DNA from: Candidatus Latescibacterota bacterium
GTDB lineage: Bacteria; Latescibacterota; UBA2968; UBA8231
NCBI GenBank assembly: GCA_965200315.1
Contig: OZ241362.1
Location: forward strand, 5,295,246 to 5,359,245
Direction of reading: 5' to 3'
DNA: 64,000 bases
Position 1 is the first letter of the stretch; each line of letters starts with the position of its first letter. Of the stretch, positions 10,107-19,611 are shown piece after piece. The notes under the pieces are model-generated. The model worked only from the letters and a program-made list of their open reading frames with translations. It made no database searches and was not told the origin of the DNA. The position numbers and the translations under genes are program-made.

Positions 10107-12206
10107 ATGTCGCAACTCGAACACATTGAAGCTATTGAAAGACGGCTCTGGAGCGCGGCAGATACTCTGCGTGCCAACTCTAGCCATGCCAGCAACGAAT
10201 ACTTCCTGCCGGTAATGGGACTGGTTTTCCTGCGCCACGCCTACAGCCGCTATTTGGCAGTAAAGGACGACATAGAAGCCAACTTACCTACTCGCGGTGG
10301 CGTGAAACGGGTGCTGATCAAGGAGGATTTCTCCCAGCAGAGCGCTATCTTCCTCCGGCCCGGGGCCCAGTTCGACTATCTTGTCGCCTTACCCGACGGC
10401 GCGGACCGGGCCGGAGCGATCATCGCGGCTATGGAGTCTATTGAGAACGACTACGACAGCCTGCGCGGCGTCCTGCCCAAGAGCGAATATCGGGAATTGG
10501 ACAGTGCTGTACTCGGCCAGCTCCTGCGCACGCTCAATCCGGACGAGTTGAAGCAGGTCTCCGGCGATGTATTCGGTCGCATCTACGAGTACTTCCTGAC
10601 GCAGTTCGCCGATCAGAAGGCTCACGATGGCGGGGAATTCTTCACGCCTGTGTCGCTGGTGTCGCTGATTGCCCATGTGCTCGATCCGCAGCGCGGCACT
10701 GTGTTGGACCCGGCGTGTGGCTCCGGTGGTATGTTCGTGCAGAGCGCCCGCACTGTGGAGGAGCACGGCCAGAGCCCCACTGAGCGGCTCACTTTTCGCG
10801 GCTTGGAGAAAAACGCCACCACCATCCACCTCGCCAAGATGAACCTCGCCGTCCACGGCCTTGAAGGCGACATTCAGCAGGCCATCACGTACTACGAGGA
10901 TCCGCACGAACTGGTGGGGCAGGCCGACTATGTCATAGCCAATCCTCCCTTCAATGTGGACGAGATTGACGCCGACAAGGTGAAGGTTGATCCGCGCTTG
11001 CCGTTTGGCCTACCTGGTGTCAACAAGCAGGGCAAGGTCAGCAACGGCAACTACGTCTGGATTAGCTACTTCTACAGCTATCTGAAAGAGCGGGGGCGGG
11101 CTGGCTTTGTGATGTCGTCGCAGGCGTCTAGTGCTGGTCGCGGCGAGGCGCAGGTGCGGCGGAAGCTGGTGGAGAGTGGTGATGTGGATGCGATGATCGC
11201 CATCCGCAGCAACTTCTTCTATACCCGCACCGTGCCGTGTGAGTTATGGTTTTTTAACCGTGCCAAGCCGGAGGCGCACCGTGACAAGGTGCTGATGATC
11301 GACGCGCGCAATGTGTATCGCCAAGTGACGCGCAAGATCTGCGACTTTAGCTCCGAACAGCAGCAGAATTTGCTGGCTATCGTCTGGCTCTATCGGGGCG
11401 AGAGCGAGCGTTTTGTCGATCTGGTGTCGAGCTACTGCGACCGCGTTCTCGACGAGGGGAAGGGGGCCTTCAGCGCCGAGAGTGAACGGGGCCTGCCGAA
11501 TTTTCTAGCCTCGCTCAACAGCTTGCGGGATGCGCTGGTTCCTTTTCTCGATACGCTTGGTGCAGAAGATGCCCATGCCGAGGCGTCCGAGAAATTGACG
11601 GACGCCCTGCGCGACTTTGAGGCTGATGGGGACGCTTTCCAAAAGGCGGTTGTCGCGCAGGGGGAGGCTTGGGCTGGGCAGGAAATTGATAGCGGCACGA
11701 TGAAAACAAGGGTTGACGGCCTTGCTTCGCTGGCCGAGAGCAGCCGCGATCTTGCCGGACAGGCCGAACACCTGTACAAGCTGGCTGCTCGTCTCATCGA
11801 GATTTGCGAGGAGGAGTGTGATGCCAAGTCCAGCGTCTTCTATGACGCCCGTGGTGTCACCCGCGCCCGCAGAGATGCCGACGAGGCTCGCCAGCGAGCT
11901 GTTGAGCAACTCAAGCAGGTGCGCTACTTCTATCAGCAGGCCCACTGGCTCACCGAGCGCTTTCCAGACGCTGAGCTGCGCAATGTGGAGGGGCTAGTTA
12001 AGCTGGTGGATTGCGCTGAGATTGAGGCCAACGACTGGAGCTTGACTCCGGGCCGCTATGTGGGGGTCGCGCCCGAGGACGAGGACGAGGATTTCGACTT
12101 CAGGGAGGCCCTGCGCGAAATTCACGAGGAACTGGATGAGCTGAACGCAGAGGCGGCGACGCTGGCGGCGACCATTAAGAAGAACTTCGAGGCGTTGGAG
12201 ATATGA
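10107..12206 (+). CDS. hsdM: Type I restriction-modification methyltransferase subunit M
   Basis: LWSAADTLR, GEFFTP, DPACGSGG, ANPPFN, WSLTPGRYVG. Confidence 0.97.
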   Translation: MSQLEHIEAIERRLWSAADTLRANSSHASNEYFLPVMGLVFLRHAYSRYLAVKDDIEANLPTRGGVKRVLIKEDFSQQSAIFLRPGAQFDYLVALPDGADRAGAIIAAMESIENDYDSLRGVLPKSEYRELDSAVLGQLLRTLNPDELKQVSGDVFGRIYEYFLTQFADQKAHDGGEFFTPVSLVSLIAHVLDPQRGTVLDPACGSGGMFVQSARTVEEHGQSPTERLTFRGLEKNATTIHLAKMNLAVHGLEGDIQQAITYYEDPHELVGQADYVIANPPFNVDEIDADKVKVDPRLPFGLPGVNKQGKVSNGNYVWISYFYSYLKERGRAGFVMSSQASSAGRGEAQVRRKLVESGDVDAMIAIRSNFFYTRTVPCELWFFNRAKPEAHRDKVLMIDARNVYRQVTRKICDFSSEQQQNLLAIVWLYRGESERFVDLVSSYCDRVLDEGKGAFSAESERGLPNFLASLNSLRDALVPFLDTLGAEDAHAEASEKLTDALRDFEADGDAFQKAVVAQGEAWAGQEIDSGTMKTRVDGLASLAESSRDLAGQAEHLYKLAARLIEICEEECDAKSSVFYDARGVTRARRDADEARQRAVEQLKQVRYFYQQAHWLTERFPDAELRNVEGLVKLVDCAEIEANDWSLTPGRYVGVAPEDEDEDFDFREALREIHEELDELNAEAATLAATIKKNFEALEI

Positions 12207-12210
12207 GGAG

Positions 12211-12735
12211 ATGGACGCCGACCGGAAAATCATTATCATCGCCGGACCCAATGGCGCGGGAAAAACAACGTTCGCACAGGAGCATTTGCCACACGAAGCC
12301 GAATGTCCCGCCTTTGTCAACGCCGACCTGATCGCAGCGGGCCTGTCCCCCTTTCAGCCGGACGCCGCTCTTTTTCGCACCGGCCGGCTGATGTTGGAGG
12401 AAATCAAAAGTCATGTGCAGCAGCGAAGAAGTTTTGCCTTTGAAACTACCTTGTCTGGTATCGGCTATGCCAGAATGATCCCGCACTGGCGCAGCGACGG
12501 TTATACGGTCAAGCTGATATTTCTGGCACTGGCAACGCCGGAAGAAGCGATCAAACGAGTTGAATTGCGCGTAAAGCAAGGCGGCCACCATGTTCCGCCG
12601 GATGTTATTAGCCGCCGCTTTGCGAGTGGGTTAAAGAATTTTCAGAATATGTACCGCCACATCGTCGATTATTGGCAGTGGTTCGACAATAGTGGCCGTA
12701 TCCCCATATTGATTGATGAAGGAGAGAATCCATGA
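12211..12735 (+). CDS. Zeta-toxin-like / AAA_33 P-loop kinase
   Basis: IAGPNGAGKTT, FVNADLIA, FETTLS, RVKQGGH. Confidence 0.85.
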   Translation: MDADRKIIIIAGPNGAGKTTFAQEHLPHEAECPAFVNADLIAAGLSPFQPDAALFRTGRLMLEEIKSHVQQRRSFAFETTLSGIGYARMIPHWRSDGYTVKLIFLALATPEEAIKRVELRVKQGGHHVPPDVISRRFASGLKNFQNMYRHIVDYWQWFDNSGRIPILIDEGENP

Positions 12736-12926
12736 AAGAGCCAAAGCAACCGATCCCCGTCTCTAAGCTTGACGATCCCGATATGCAGGCTGTCGCCAGT
12801 GCGTTATACCGGGCTTCTAGACGTGCTCATCTGATCGCGCATCAGACCGGGACTGGTGTTATCGTGATGCGCGATGGTGAGGTGGTGGAGATCGAGCCGG
12901 ATCCGGAAATGTACGAGGGGCTGTGA
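12732..12926 (+). CDS. Small protein coupled to the zeta-like ATPase (putative antitoxin)
   Basis: 64 aa, ATGA overlap, GGAG RBS; helix followed by VIVMRDGEVV hairpin. Confidence 0.65.
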   Translation: MKEPKQPIPVSKLDDPDMQAVASALYRASRRAHLIAHQTGTGVIVMRDGEVVEIEPDPEMYEGL

Positions 12927-12969
12927 AATGGATATACTCGCGTTGTTTTCTCAATAAGGGGTTGATACT

Positions 12970-14142
12970 ATGAAAAACGCGCCTTTGATGTCCCTTGCAG
13001 AGATTTCCGAGTCAGTCCAATACGGATACACAGCCTCGGCATCCGACACAGAGGTAGGACCAAAGTTTCTGCGTATCACCGACATAGTGCCACCTCAGAT
13101 CGACTGGTATAAGGTCCCTTATTGTGAGATCGATGAAGTAAATCTCAACAAATTTTCTCTTGTACCTGGAGACATTGTTATAGCTCGTACTGGAGCAACA
13201 GTAGGACATGCCAAGCTAATTCGGAGCAATGAAACATCTGTGTTTGCATCATATCTTGTAAGAATTCGAGTTGACCGTGATAAAGCAGATCCTGGTTATG
13301 TTGGCCGGATTGTCGAATCAGATACATACAAAAAATTTGTTCTTTCTCATGTAGGAGGCGCGGCCCAGCCAAACGCAAACGCAAGAGTGCTTTCGTCCTT
13401 TATGCTACCGATTCCCCCAAAATCTGCACAGACCCACATCGCCTCCATCCTTTCTGTCTACGACGACCTGATTGAGAACAATCGGCGGCGGATTCAGTTG
13501 CTGGAGCAGGCGGCGCGGCTGCTCTACAAGGAGTGGTTTGTCCACCTCCGCTTCCCCGGCCATGAGCACGTTAAGATCAAGGATGGTGTGCCGGAGGGAT
13601 GGGAGAAGAAGCCGCTGAGTGAGGTTGCTCTGCTAAATTATGGGAGGTCTCTCAAGAAGGATGATAGGCTTCCCGGTAGCGTTCCGGTCTATGGATCAAG
13701 CGGCATTGTAGGAACTCACAATCAGGCTACGGTCAATGGCCCAACGATAATTATTGGACGCAAAGGTAACGTTGGTAGTGTTTACTGGTCATCGGAAGAC
13801 TGCGTCCCGATAGATACAGTGTATTACGTCCAGAGCGAAAGCTGTTCTTTACGTCTGTATTATGCACTGAGGACTTTGCCATTTATTAGCACAGACGTTG
13901 CGGTCCCCGGATTGAACCGCGATTTTGCTCACAGCCGCCTGATCTTGACGCCATCATCGTCGTACCATCGCCTTTTCGAGAACACGGTCGGCCCTTTCCA
14001 TCAGCAAATCGCCATCTTACGTCGGCAAAATGCCAAGCTCGAAAGAGCACTCGACCTACTCCTACCACGACTGATGAGTGGGGAGGTTTGGGGCAAAAAG
14101 CTGTGTCCGGCCAGCTCAACAAGGTTATCCGCGCCTTGCTGA
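12970..14142 (+). CDS. hsdS: Type I R-M specificity subunit S
   Basis: Two TRDs with conserved central region YDDLIENNRRRIQLLEQAARLLYKEWFV...PEGW and terminal LLLPRLMSGEV. Confidence 0.96.
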   Translation: MKNAPLMSLAEISESVQYGYTASASDTEVGPKFLRITDIVPPQIDWYKVPYCEIDEVNLNKFSLVPGDIVIARTGATVGHAKLIRSNETSVFASYLVRIRVDRDKADPGYVGRIVESDTYKKFVLSHVGGAAQPNANARVLSSFMLPIPPKSAQTHIASILSVYDDLIENNRRRIQLLEQAARLLYKEWFVHLRFPGHEHVKIKDGVPEGWEKKPLSEVALLNYGRSLKKDDRLPGSVPVYGSSGIVGTHNQATVNGPTIIIGRKGNVGSVYWSSEDCVPIDTVYYVQSESCSLRLYYALRTLPFISTDVAVPGLNRDFAHSRLILTPSSSYHRLFENTVGPFHQQIAILRRQNAKLERALDLLLPRLMSGEVWGKKLCPASSTRLSAPC

Positions 14143-14255
14143 GCGATGGAGCTATCGAATACACGATTCCAGAAAAGCCGAATAGTCGTCTTCAGCAGTA
14201 TCGGTTGACAGACAAGGGCCAAGCGTTGCGAGATCGCTTGACGCAGACCCAATAA
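14088..14255 (+). pseudogene. Relic C-terminal wHTH of a Fic-like/helicase-associated protein
   Basis: Alternate frame LGQKAVSGQLNKVIRALLSDGAIEYTIPEKPNSRLQQYRLTDKGQALRDRLTQTQ*, no start codon. Confidence 0.75.
14207..14250 (+). repeat. Direct repeat, copy 1 (about 44 bp)
   Basis: gacagacaagggccaagcgttgcgagatcgcttgacgcagaccc; second copy at 16192-16234. Confidence 0.85.
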
Positions 14256-14323
14256 ACCAATGCTTACGCGCTTGGTGAATTGGAAAACGGCAGTCTAAGG
14301 CTTGACGTCGAGGCTTTGATACT

Positions 14324-15214
14324 ATGGCAGACCCGTATCGCATCGTTGAAGTGAAACCGGAATGGGTTATTGATTGGGAAGATATGGGAACCAAGACAAA
14401 GTTCTGGTATCGTGACCCTGATGACGATGCAAACTGGCTCTTCAAGTATCCCCGGCCAAATACAGGGGAACACTGGGCGGAGAAAATTGCCGCAGAAGTT
14501 GCGTCTGTACTCGGAATCAGACACGCGAAGGTGGAATTGGCACAGTTTGAAGGTGATTATGGTTCGGTAACAGAATCGTTTGCTCGTAGCGGTAGAGCAC
14601 TATACCATGGCAACCAAATGCTGAAATGGATCGTTAGCGGCTACGAGCCTAAGAGAAGATTCCGCCAATCACAGCATACACTGGCGAATATATTTGAAGG
14701 AATGGACCGTGTTTTTATTAGACCTGAAGCCGCGATTCGAGCAAAAAGCACCATTGCAAGCTATATAGTTTTGGACTCTTTGATTGGCAACACGGATCGT
14801 CATCATGAGAACTGGGGATTGCTTTTCCGACGCGAGGGTGATGGTAAGAAGGGTTTTGTGGCACCGTCTTTCGATCACGCATCTTCGCTAGGACGAGAAC
14901 TACCCGACGAACGCCGCGATAGATTCTTAAAGGGAAATGGCGTAGGTGGTTATGCGGAAAAAGGACGCGGTGCGATTTATTGGTCTGAAGAAGAGCGGCG
15001 GGCCCCCAGTCCTCTGGAACTGGTACGGCGGGCGGTCCGCGATTATTCAGATTTTTTCCGTCCAGTACTCCTGAAACTCGCAGAGATAGACGAGAGCATT
15101 TTTTCTAAGATCGTCAGGAGAATCCCCCCTGATTGGATGACTTCTTCGGCGCGTGAATTCGCGGTTAAACTATTATGCTATAATTATAGACAGTTAAAGG
15201 AGATTTTTCGATGA
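14324..15214 (+). CDS. HipA-family Ser/Thr kinase
   Basis: MGTKTKFW, LFKYPR, GEHWAEKIA, catalytic IGNTDRHHENWG, APSFDHASSLG. Confidence 0.88.
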   Translation: MADPYRIVEVKPEWVIDWEDMGTKTKFWYRDPDDDANWLFKYPRPNTGEHWAEKIAAEVASVLGIRHAKVELAQFEGDYGSVTESFARSGRALYHGNQMLKWIVSGYEPKRRFRQSQHTLANIFEGMDRVFIRPEAAIRAKSTIASYIVLDSLIGNTDRHHENWGLLFRREGDGKKGFVAPSFDHASSLGRELPDERRDRFLKGNGVGGYAEKGRGAIYWSEEERRAPSPLELVRRAVRDYSDFFRPVLLKLAEIDESIFSKIVRRIPPDWMTSSAREFAVKLLCYNYRQLKEIFR

Positions 15215-16002
15215 GCATGAAAACCTTGTTTTTAGCATGGCAGGACAAAAGAACGGAAGGCCGACCATGGTTTCCAGTGGGTAGGCTGGATATCGTCGAG
15301 CCGGAGCTTTATCGCTTCCGCTACATCGTCGGTGCGCAACTAGCTGGGTATATTCCATTCATTGATTTCCCCGAGTTATATGGAGATTACCGTTCCTCAG
15401 AGTTATTCCCGTTGTTCAGGAATCGCGTCATTGCACAGGGAAGGCCGGACCGCATGGACTACCTGAGCAATCTCGATCTCCCAGAGGATGCGACTCCTTT
15501 CGAGATTCTATCGGTTAATGGTGGCACTCGCGTCACGGACGCCTACGAAGTATTCCCGAAGCTCGAAAAGGACTCCGACGGCTATTTCACCTGTCGATTC
15601 TTCCTGCACAGTTGGCGACGTGCAAGTAAAGAGGCCCAAGAGCGGATTGACTATCTGAAGCCAGAAGAGGAGCTATACGTAACCCTCGAATTGACCAATC
15701 CAGCAACCAAACTGGCAGTCCAAATCCAGACGACGGACTACTATATGATCGGCTGGACACCGCGCTATCTCGTAAACGATCTGGCCATGGCGATGACTGA
15801 AGGTCCCAATGACTACACCGCGCAAGTAGTGCGTGTTAATCCTATGCCGGCACCGTCAAGCCAGCGCGTTTTGATTGAAATGCGTGGCCGCTGGAATAAG
15901 CACAAGCCGATGAGCGGCAAGGAGTTCCAGCCTTTAGTATCCTCCCACATCGCGGTTGATCCAAATGTCGATGATCCAAGACATTATCAAGTTGCTTTGT
16001 AA
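15211..16002 (+). CDS. HipS-like N-terminal region plus HIRAN domain protein
   Basis: LFLAWQD...WFPVGRL...ELFPLFRNR; C-terminal LELTNP...AVQI...IGWTPRYL; ATGA overlap with the kinase. Confidence 0.78.
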   Translation: MSMKTLFLAWQDKRTEGRPWFPVGRLDIVEPELYRFRYIVGAQLAGYIPFIDFPELYGDYRSSELFPLFRNRVIAQGRPDRMDYLSNLDLPEDATPFEILSVNGGTRVTDAYEVFPKLEKDSDGYFTCRFFLHSWRRASKEAQERIDYLKPEEELYVTLELTNPATKLAVQIQTTDYYMIGWTPRYLVNDLAMAMTEGPNDYTAQVVRVNPMPAPSSQRVLIEMRGRWNKHKPMSGKEFQPLVSSHIAVDPNVDDPRHYQVAL

Positions 16003-16080
16003 TTCATAGATCGTCTCGGATAGCGATTGACACCTCGGTGTGGATTGAGCATAAGGCATGCGTGTCCGACAACCCTACAT

Positions 16081-16155
16081 GTTACCGCACAAGTCACCGC
16101 ACAAGTTACACCCAAAGTTACGGCCAGAGTTACGGTCAGAGTCACGGCCAGAGTC
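16081..16155 (+). repeat. 12-bp tandem repeat x6 (VTAQ/VTAR coding linker relic)
   Basis: gttaccgcacaa gtcaccgcacaa gttacacccaaa gttacggccaga gttacggtcaga gtcacggccaga gtc. Confidence 0.85.
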
Positions 16156-16191
16156 GTGTGCTTATTCAGTCGTTAAAAGGCTCATGACGAA

Positions 16192-16234
16192 GACAGACAA
16201 GGACCAAGCGTTGCGAGATTCTTGACCCACACCC
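16192..16234 (+). repeat. Direct repeat, copy 2, ending just before the hsdR ATG
   Basis: gacagacaaggaccaagcgttgcgagattcttgacccacaccc; 27/28 identical to copy 1 over the first 28 bp. Confidence 0.85.
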
Positions 16235-16235
16235 T

Positions 16236-19200
16236 ATGCCCCCCGCGCCCTACACCGAAGACACCCTCGTCCAGCAGACCACCGCCGATTACTTAAAGCA
16301 ACCGCTCGGCTGGGAATCCATCTACGCCCATAACGCCGAGGACTTCGGCCCGAATAGCCTGCTGGGCCGCGCCTCCGACCGCGAAGTAGTGCTGACTCGC
16401 TATCTGTTCGCCGCGCTGCGCTCGCTAAATCCGGATCTGCCGGCCGCCGCTTATGACGACGCCGTCCGGCAGATTACCGCTACCGTCGCTTCGCAGACCC
16501 TCGTCGCCGCCAACCGCGAGCAGTACGACCTGCTGCGTGACGGTGTGCTGGTCACCTTCCACAACGCCAAGGGCGATCGGATGCGGCAGCGGCTGAAGGT
16601 CTTTGACTTCGAGACGCCAGAGAACAACCACTTCCTCTGCGTACGCGAACTGTGGGTGCGCGGCGATCTCTATCGTCGGCGAGCCGACATCGTGGGTTTC
16701 GTCAACGGTTTGCCCTTGTTGTTCGTCGAGTGCAAGAACATCCACCGCAATCTCAAGGCCGCTTTCGAGCAAAACTTCTCGGATTACAAGACCACTATCC
16801 CTCATCTCTTCCACCACAACGCGATAGTGATGTTCGGCAATGGCGAACAGGCCAAGATCGGCTCCATCACCAGCCGATGGGAGCACTTTCACGAGTGGAA
16901 GCGGCTGGTGGAAGAGGAGCCGGGCGTCGTGGATATGGAGACGCTGCTCAAGGGCGTCTGCGACAAGAGCAACTTCATGGATCTCGTGGAGAACTTCATC
17001 CTCTTCGACGAGTCGTTCGGCGAAACGAGGAAAATCCTTGCCCGCAACCACCAGTTTTTGGGCGTGAACCGCGCCATTGATGCCGTGCGCAAGCGCAAAG
17101 CGCGAGATGGCAAACTCGGCGTCTTCTGGCACACGCAGGGCGCGGGCAAGAGCTACTCCATGGTGATGTTTACCCGCAAGGTACACCGCAAGCTAGGCGG
17201 CAATTTCACTTTTCTGGTGCTGACCGACCGCGACGACCTCGACAGCCAAATCTACAAGACCTTTGCCGGCTGCGACGTGGTGAATCACGACCGCGACCCC
17301 TGCCGAGCGTCTGACGGACGACATCTAAGCCAGCTCTTGGCCGAGCACAAGGCATACGTCTTTTCGCTGATCCAGAAGTTCAACGAGAACCCCAGCGTGG
17401 CGTACACTCAGCGCGACGACATCATCGTCATCACCGACGAAGCGCACCGTACGCAGTACGGCACGCTAGCAATCAACATGCGCAAAGCCCTGCCCAACGC
17501 CAGCTATATCGGCTTCACCGGTACGCCGCTGTTCAAGGACGACGAACTCACGCGGCGGGTCTTTGGCGAGTACGTCTCCACCTACGACTTCCAGCGCGCC
17601 GTAGAAGACGAGGCCACTGTACCGCTTTACTACGACGCCCGCGGCGACAAACTGAACGTGGCCGTCGGCGACCTGAACGAGCGCATCGCCGCGAGGTTAG
17701 AGGAATTTGAAATCGACGATATCGACGTGCAGCAGCGCTTGGAGCAGGCACTGGCTCAAGACTACCACGTCATCACCGCTGACCAGCGACTTGATCAGAT
17801 TGCGCGGGATTTTGTGCGGCATTATTCGACCGCTTGGGAGACCGGCAAGGCTATGTTGGTCTGCATCGACAAGATCACCTGTGTGCGGATGCACCGGCTG
17901 ATTGAGTTCTATTGGAACGAGTACGCCAATGAACTGGAAGCGGGGCTTGTGCGAACGAAGGACGAACAGACCGAAAAGCAGATCGCGTGGATGCGCGAGA
18001 CGCGCATGGCCGTTGTGGTGAGCGAGGAACAGGGCGAGGTGGAGAAGTTTGACAAGTGGGACTTGGACATTATACCGCACCGCCGACTCATCAAGGAGGG
18101 CATGGAACTACCCGCGTCCATACGCGACAAGCCAGCGTTCCGCAACAAGCAGCGGATGGATTTGGACGATGCCTTCAAGGAGCCAGAGCATCCGTTCCGC
18201 ATCGCCATTGTCTGCGCCATGTGGCTGACCGGCTTTGACGTGCCTTGCCTCTCCACGCTCTACCTCGACAAACCGCTCAAGGCGCACACCCTGATGCAGG
18301 CCATTGCCCGCGCCAACCGAGTAAACGAGGGCAAGAACAACGGGCTGCTTGTGGATTACTGCGGCATCCTCAAGCACCTACGCCAAGCACTGGCGACATT
18401 TGCCGGTGCGGAACCGAGCGGTGAAGGCCACGCAAGTGACCCCGCCAAGCCGGAAGAGGACCTACTTGCCGATTTGGCCGAGGTGATTGCGTTGGTGCGC
18501 GATTTTCTCGCTAAGGGCGGTGCGCCGCTCGACAACGTCATCGTCCAAACTGGCTTCGCGCGCAACGCCGCTATTGTCTCTTGTAAGGAGGTAGCCAACG
18601 AGAACGACGAGACCCGCCAGCGCTTTGGGGTGATGTGCCGCGAGGTGTTCAGGAAGTTCAAGGCGTGCATCAACTCCCCCGGCGTCAACGACCACCGCAC
18701 GGACCGGGACGCCATTGATATCATTTATAAGAGTCTGCAACGGGACCGGGAGCAGGCCGACATCAGCGACATCCTCCGTGCGCTGCACGAGGTGGCGAGT
18801 GAAGCGGTCTTGGTGCAGCCGAGTACGGCGACTGAGCAGCCTCTCTACGACATCAGCCGCATTGACTTCGAGCGGCTCAAGCAGGAGTTCAAGCGCAGGA
18901 CTGTTCATCAGCGCACCGACGTGCAGCGACTCAAGAGTTCCGTGGAGGAGAAGCTCCAGCGCATGTTGGAAAGGAACCCGCTGCGCACGGATTTCCAGCG
19001 GTGCTACGAGGATATCGTCGCGGCCTACAACCGCGAGAAGGATCGGCCTACCATTGAACAGACTTTTGAGGAGTTGCTCGACTTGGTTCAGGAAATGGAT
19101 CAGGAGGAAAGCCGGGCGGCCCGCGAGGGTTTGGACGAAGAATCGCTGGCAATCTTCGACCTGTTGAGGAAACCGAACCTGAGCGCACCGGAGCGCGAGC

Positions 19201-19457
19201 GGATTAAGCAAGTGGCGGTCGAACTTCTGAAAACGCTGAAGGTCGGGAAGCTCCGCGTGAATCAATGGCGTGACAAGGAGGCGACCCGAGATGCCGTCCG
19301 TGTTGCGATTCACGATTTCCTCTGGAGCGACGAGACCGGCTTGCCGTCAGACGACTACTCGGAAACCGAAGTTGGAACCAAGGCGAAAGACGTATTCCGG
19401 CACGTGTTCCGCGTCTATCCAACAGTACCGTCGCCGTATTGCGAAAACGCGGCGTGA
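16236..19457 (+). CDS. hsdR: Type I restriction endonuclease subunit R
   Basis: ADIVGFVNGLPLLFVECK nuclease, WHTQGAGKS, DEAHR, FTGTP, MWLTGFD, QAIARANR. Confidence 0.97.
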   Translation: MPPAPYTEDTLVQQTTADYLKQPLGWESIYAHNAEDFGPNSLLGRASDREVVLTRYLFAALRSLNPDLPAAAYDDAVRQITATVASQTLVAANREQYDLLRDGVLVTFHNAKGDRMRQRLKVFDFETPENNHFLCVRELWVRGDLYRRRADIVGFVNGLPLLFVECKNIHRNLKAAFEQNFSDYKTTIPHLFHHNAIVMFGNGEQAKIGSITSRWEHFHEWKRLVEEEPGVVDMETLLKGVCDKSNFMDLVENFILFDESFGETRKILARNHQFLGVNRAIDAVRKRKARDGKLGVFWHTQGAGKSYSMVMFTRKVHRKLGGNFTFLVLTDRDDLDSQIYKTFAGCDVVNHDRDPCRASDGRHLSQLLAEHKAYVFSLIQKFNENPSVAYTQRDDIIVITDEAHRTQYGTLAINMRKALPNASYIGFTGTPLFKDDELTRRVFGEYVSTYDFQRAVEDEATVPLYYDARGDKLNVAVGDLNERIAARLEEFEIDDIDVQQRLEQALAQDYHVITADQRLDQIARDFVRHYSTAWETGKAMLVCIDKITCVRMHRLIEFYWNEYANELEAGLVRTKDEQTEKQIAWMRETRMAVVVSEEQGEVEKFDKWDLDIIPHRRLIKEGMELPASIRDKPAFRNKQRMDLDDAFKEPEHPFRIAIVCAMWLTGFDVPCLSTLYLDKPLKAHTLMQAIARANRVNEGKNNGLLVDYCGILKHLRQALATFAGAEPSGEGHASDPAKPEEDLLADLAEVIALVRDFLAKGGAPLDNVIVQTGFARNAAIVSCKEVANENDETRQRFGVMCREVFRKFKACINSPGVNDHRTDRDAIDIIYKSLQRDREQADISDILRALHEVASEAVLVQPSTATEQPLYDISRIDFERLKQEFKRRTVHQRTDVQRLKSSVEEKLQRMLERNPLRTDFQRCYEDIVAAYNREKDRPTIEQTFEELLDLVQEMDQEESRAAREGLDEESLAIFDLLRKPNLSAPERERIKQVAVELLKTLKVGKLRVNQWRDKEATRDAVRVAIHDFLWSDETGLPSDDYSETEVGTKAKDVFRHVFRVYPTVPSPYCENAA

Positions 19458-19611
19458 AGTAACGGGGGCTTGAGCAATTTCTGTGGTTGTCCGATCTACG
19501 GGGCTGTATATTACCATCGTTTCCATTGTGCGCCGAGAAAGGAGGGACTTTAACAAGGGCGTACGGCATGCTTTTTGTCGAGCTGTTTCACTCTAAAACG
19601 AGGAAAATTAC

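Noticed and set aside
16081-16155. 12-bp repeats as iterons or CRISPR
   Set aside because: Variation pattern fits a coding tetrapeptide linker; no rep gene nearby.
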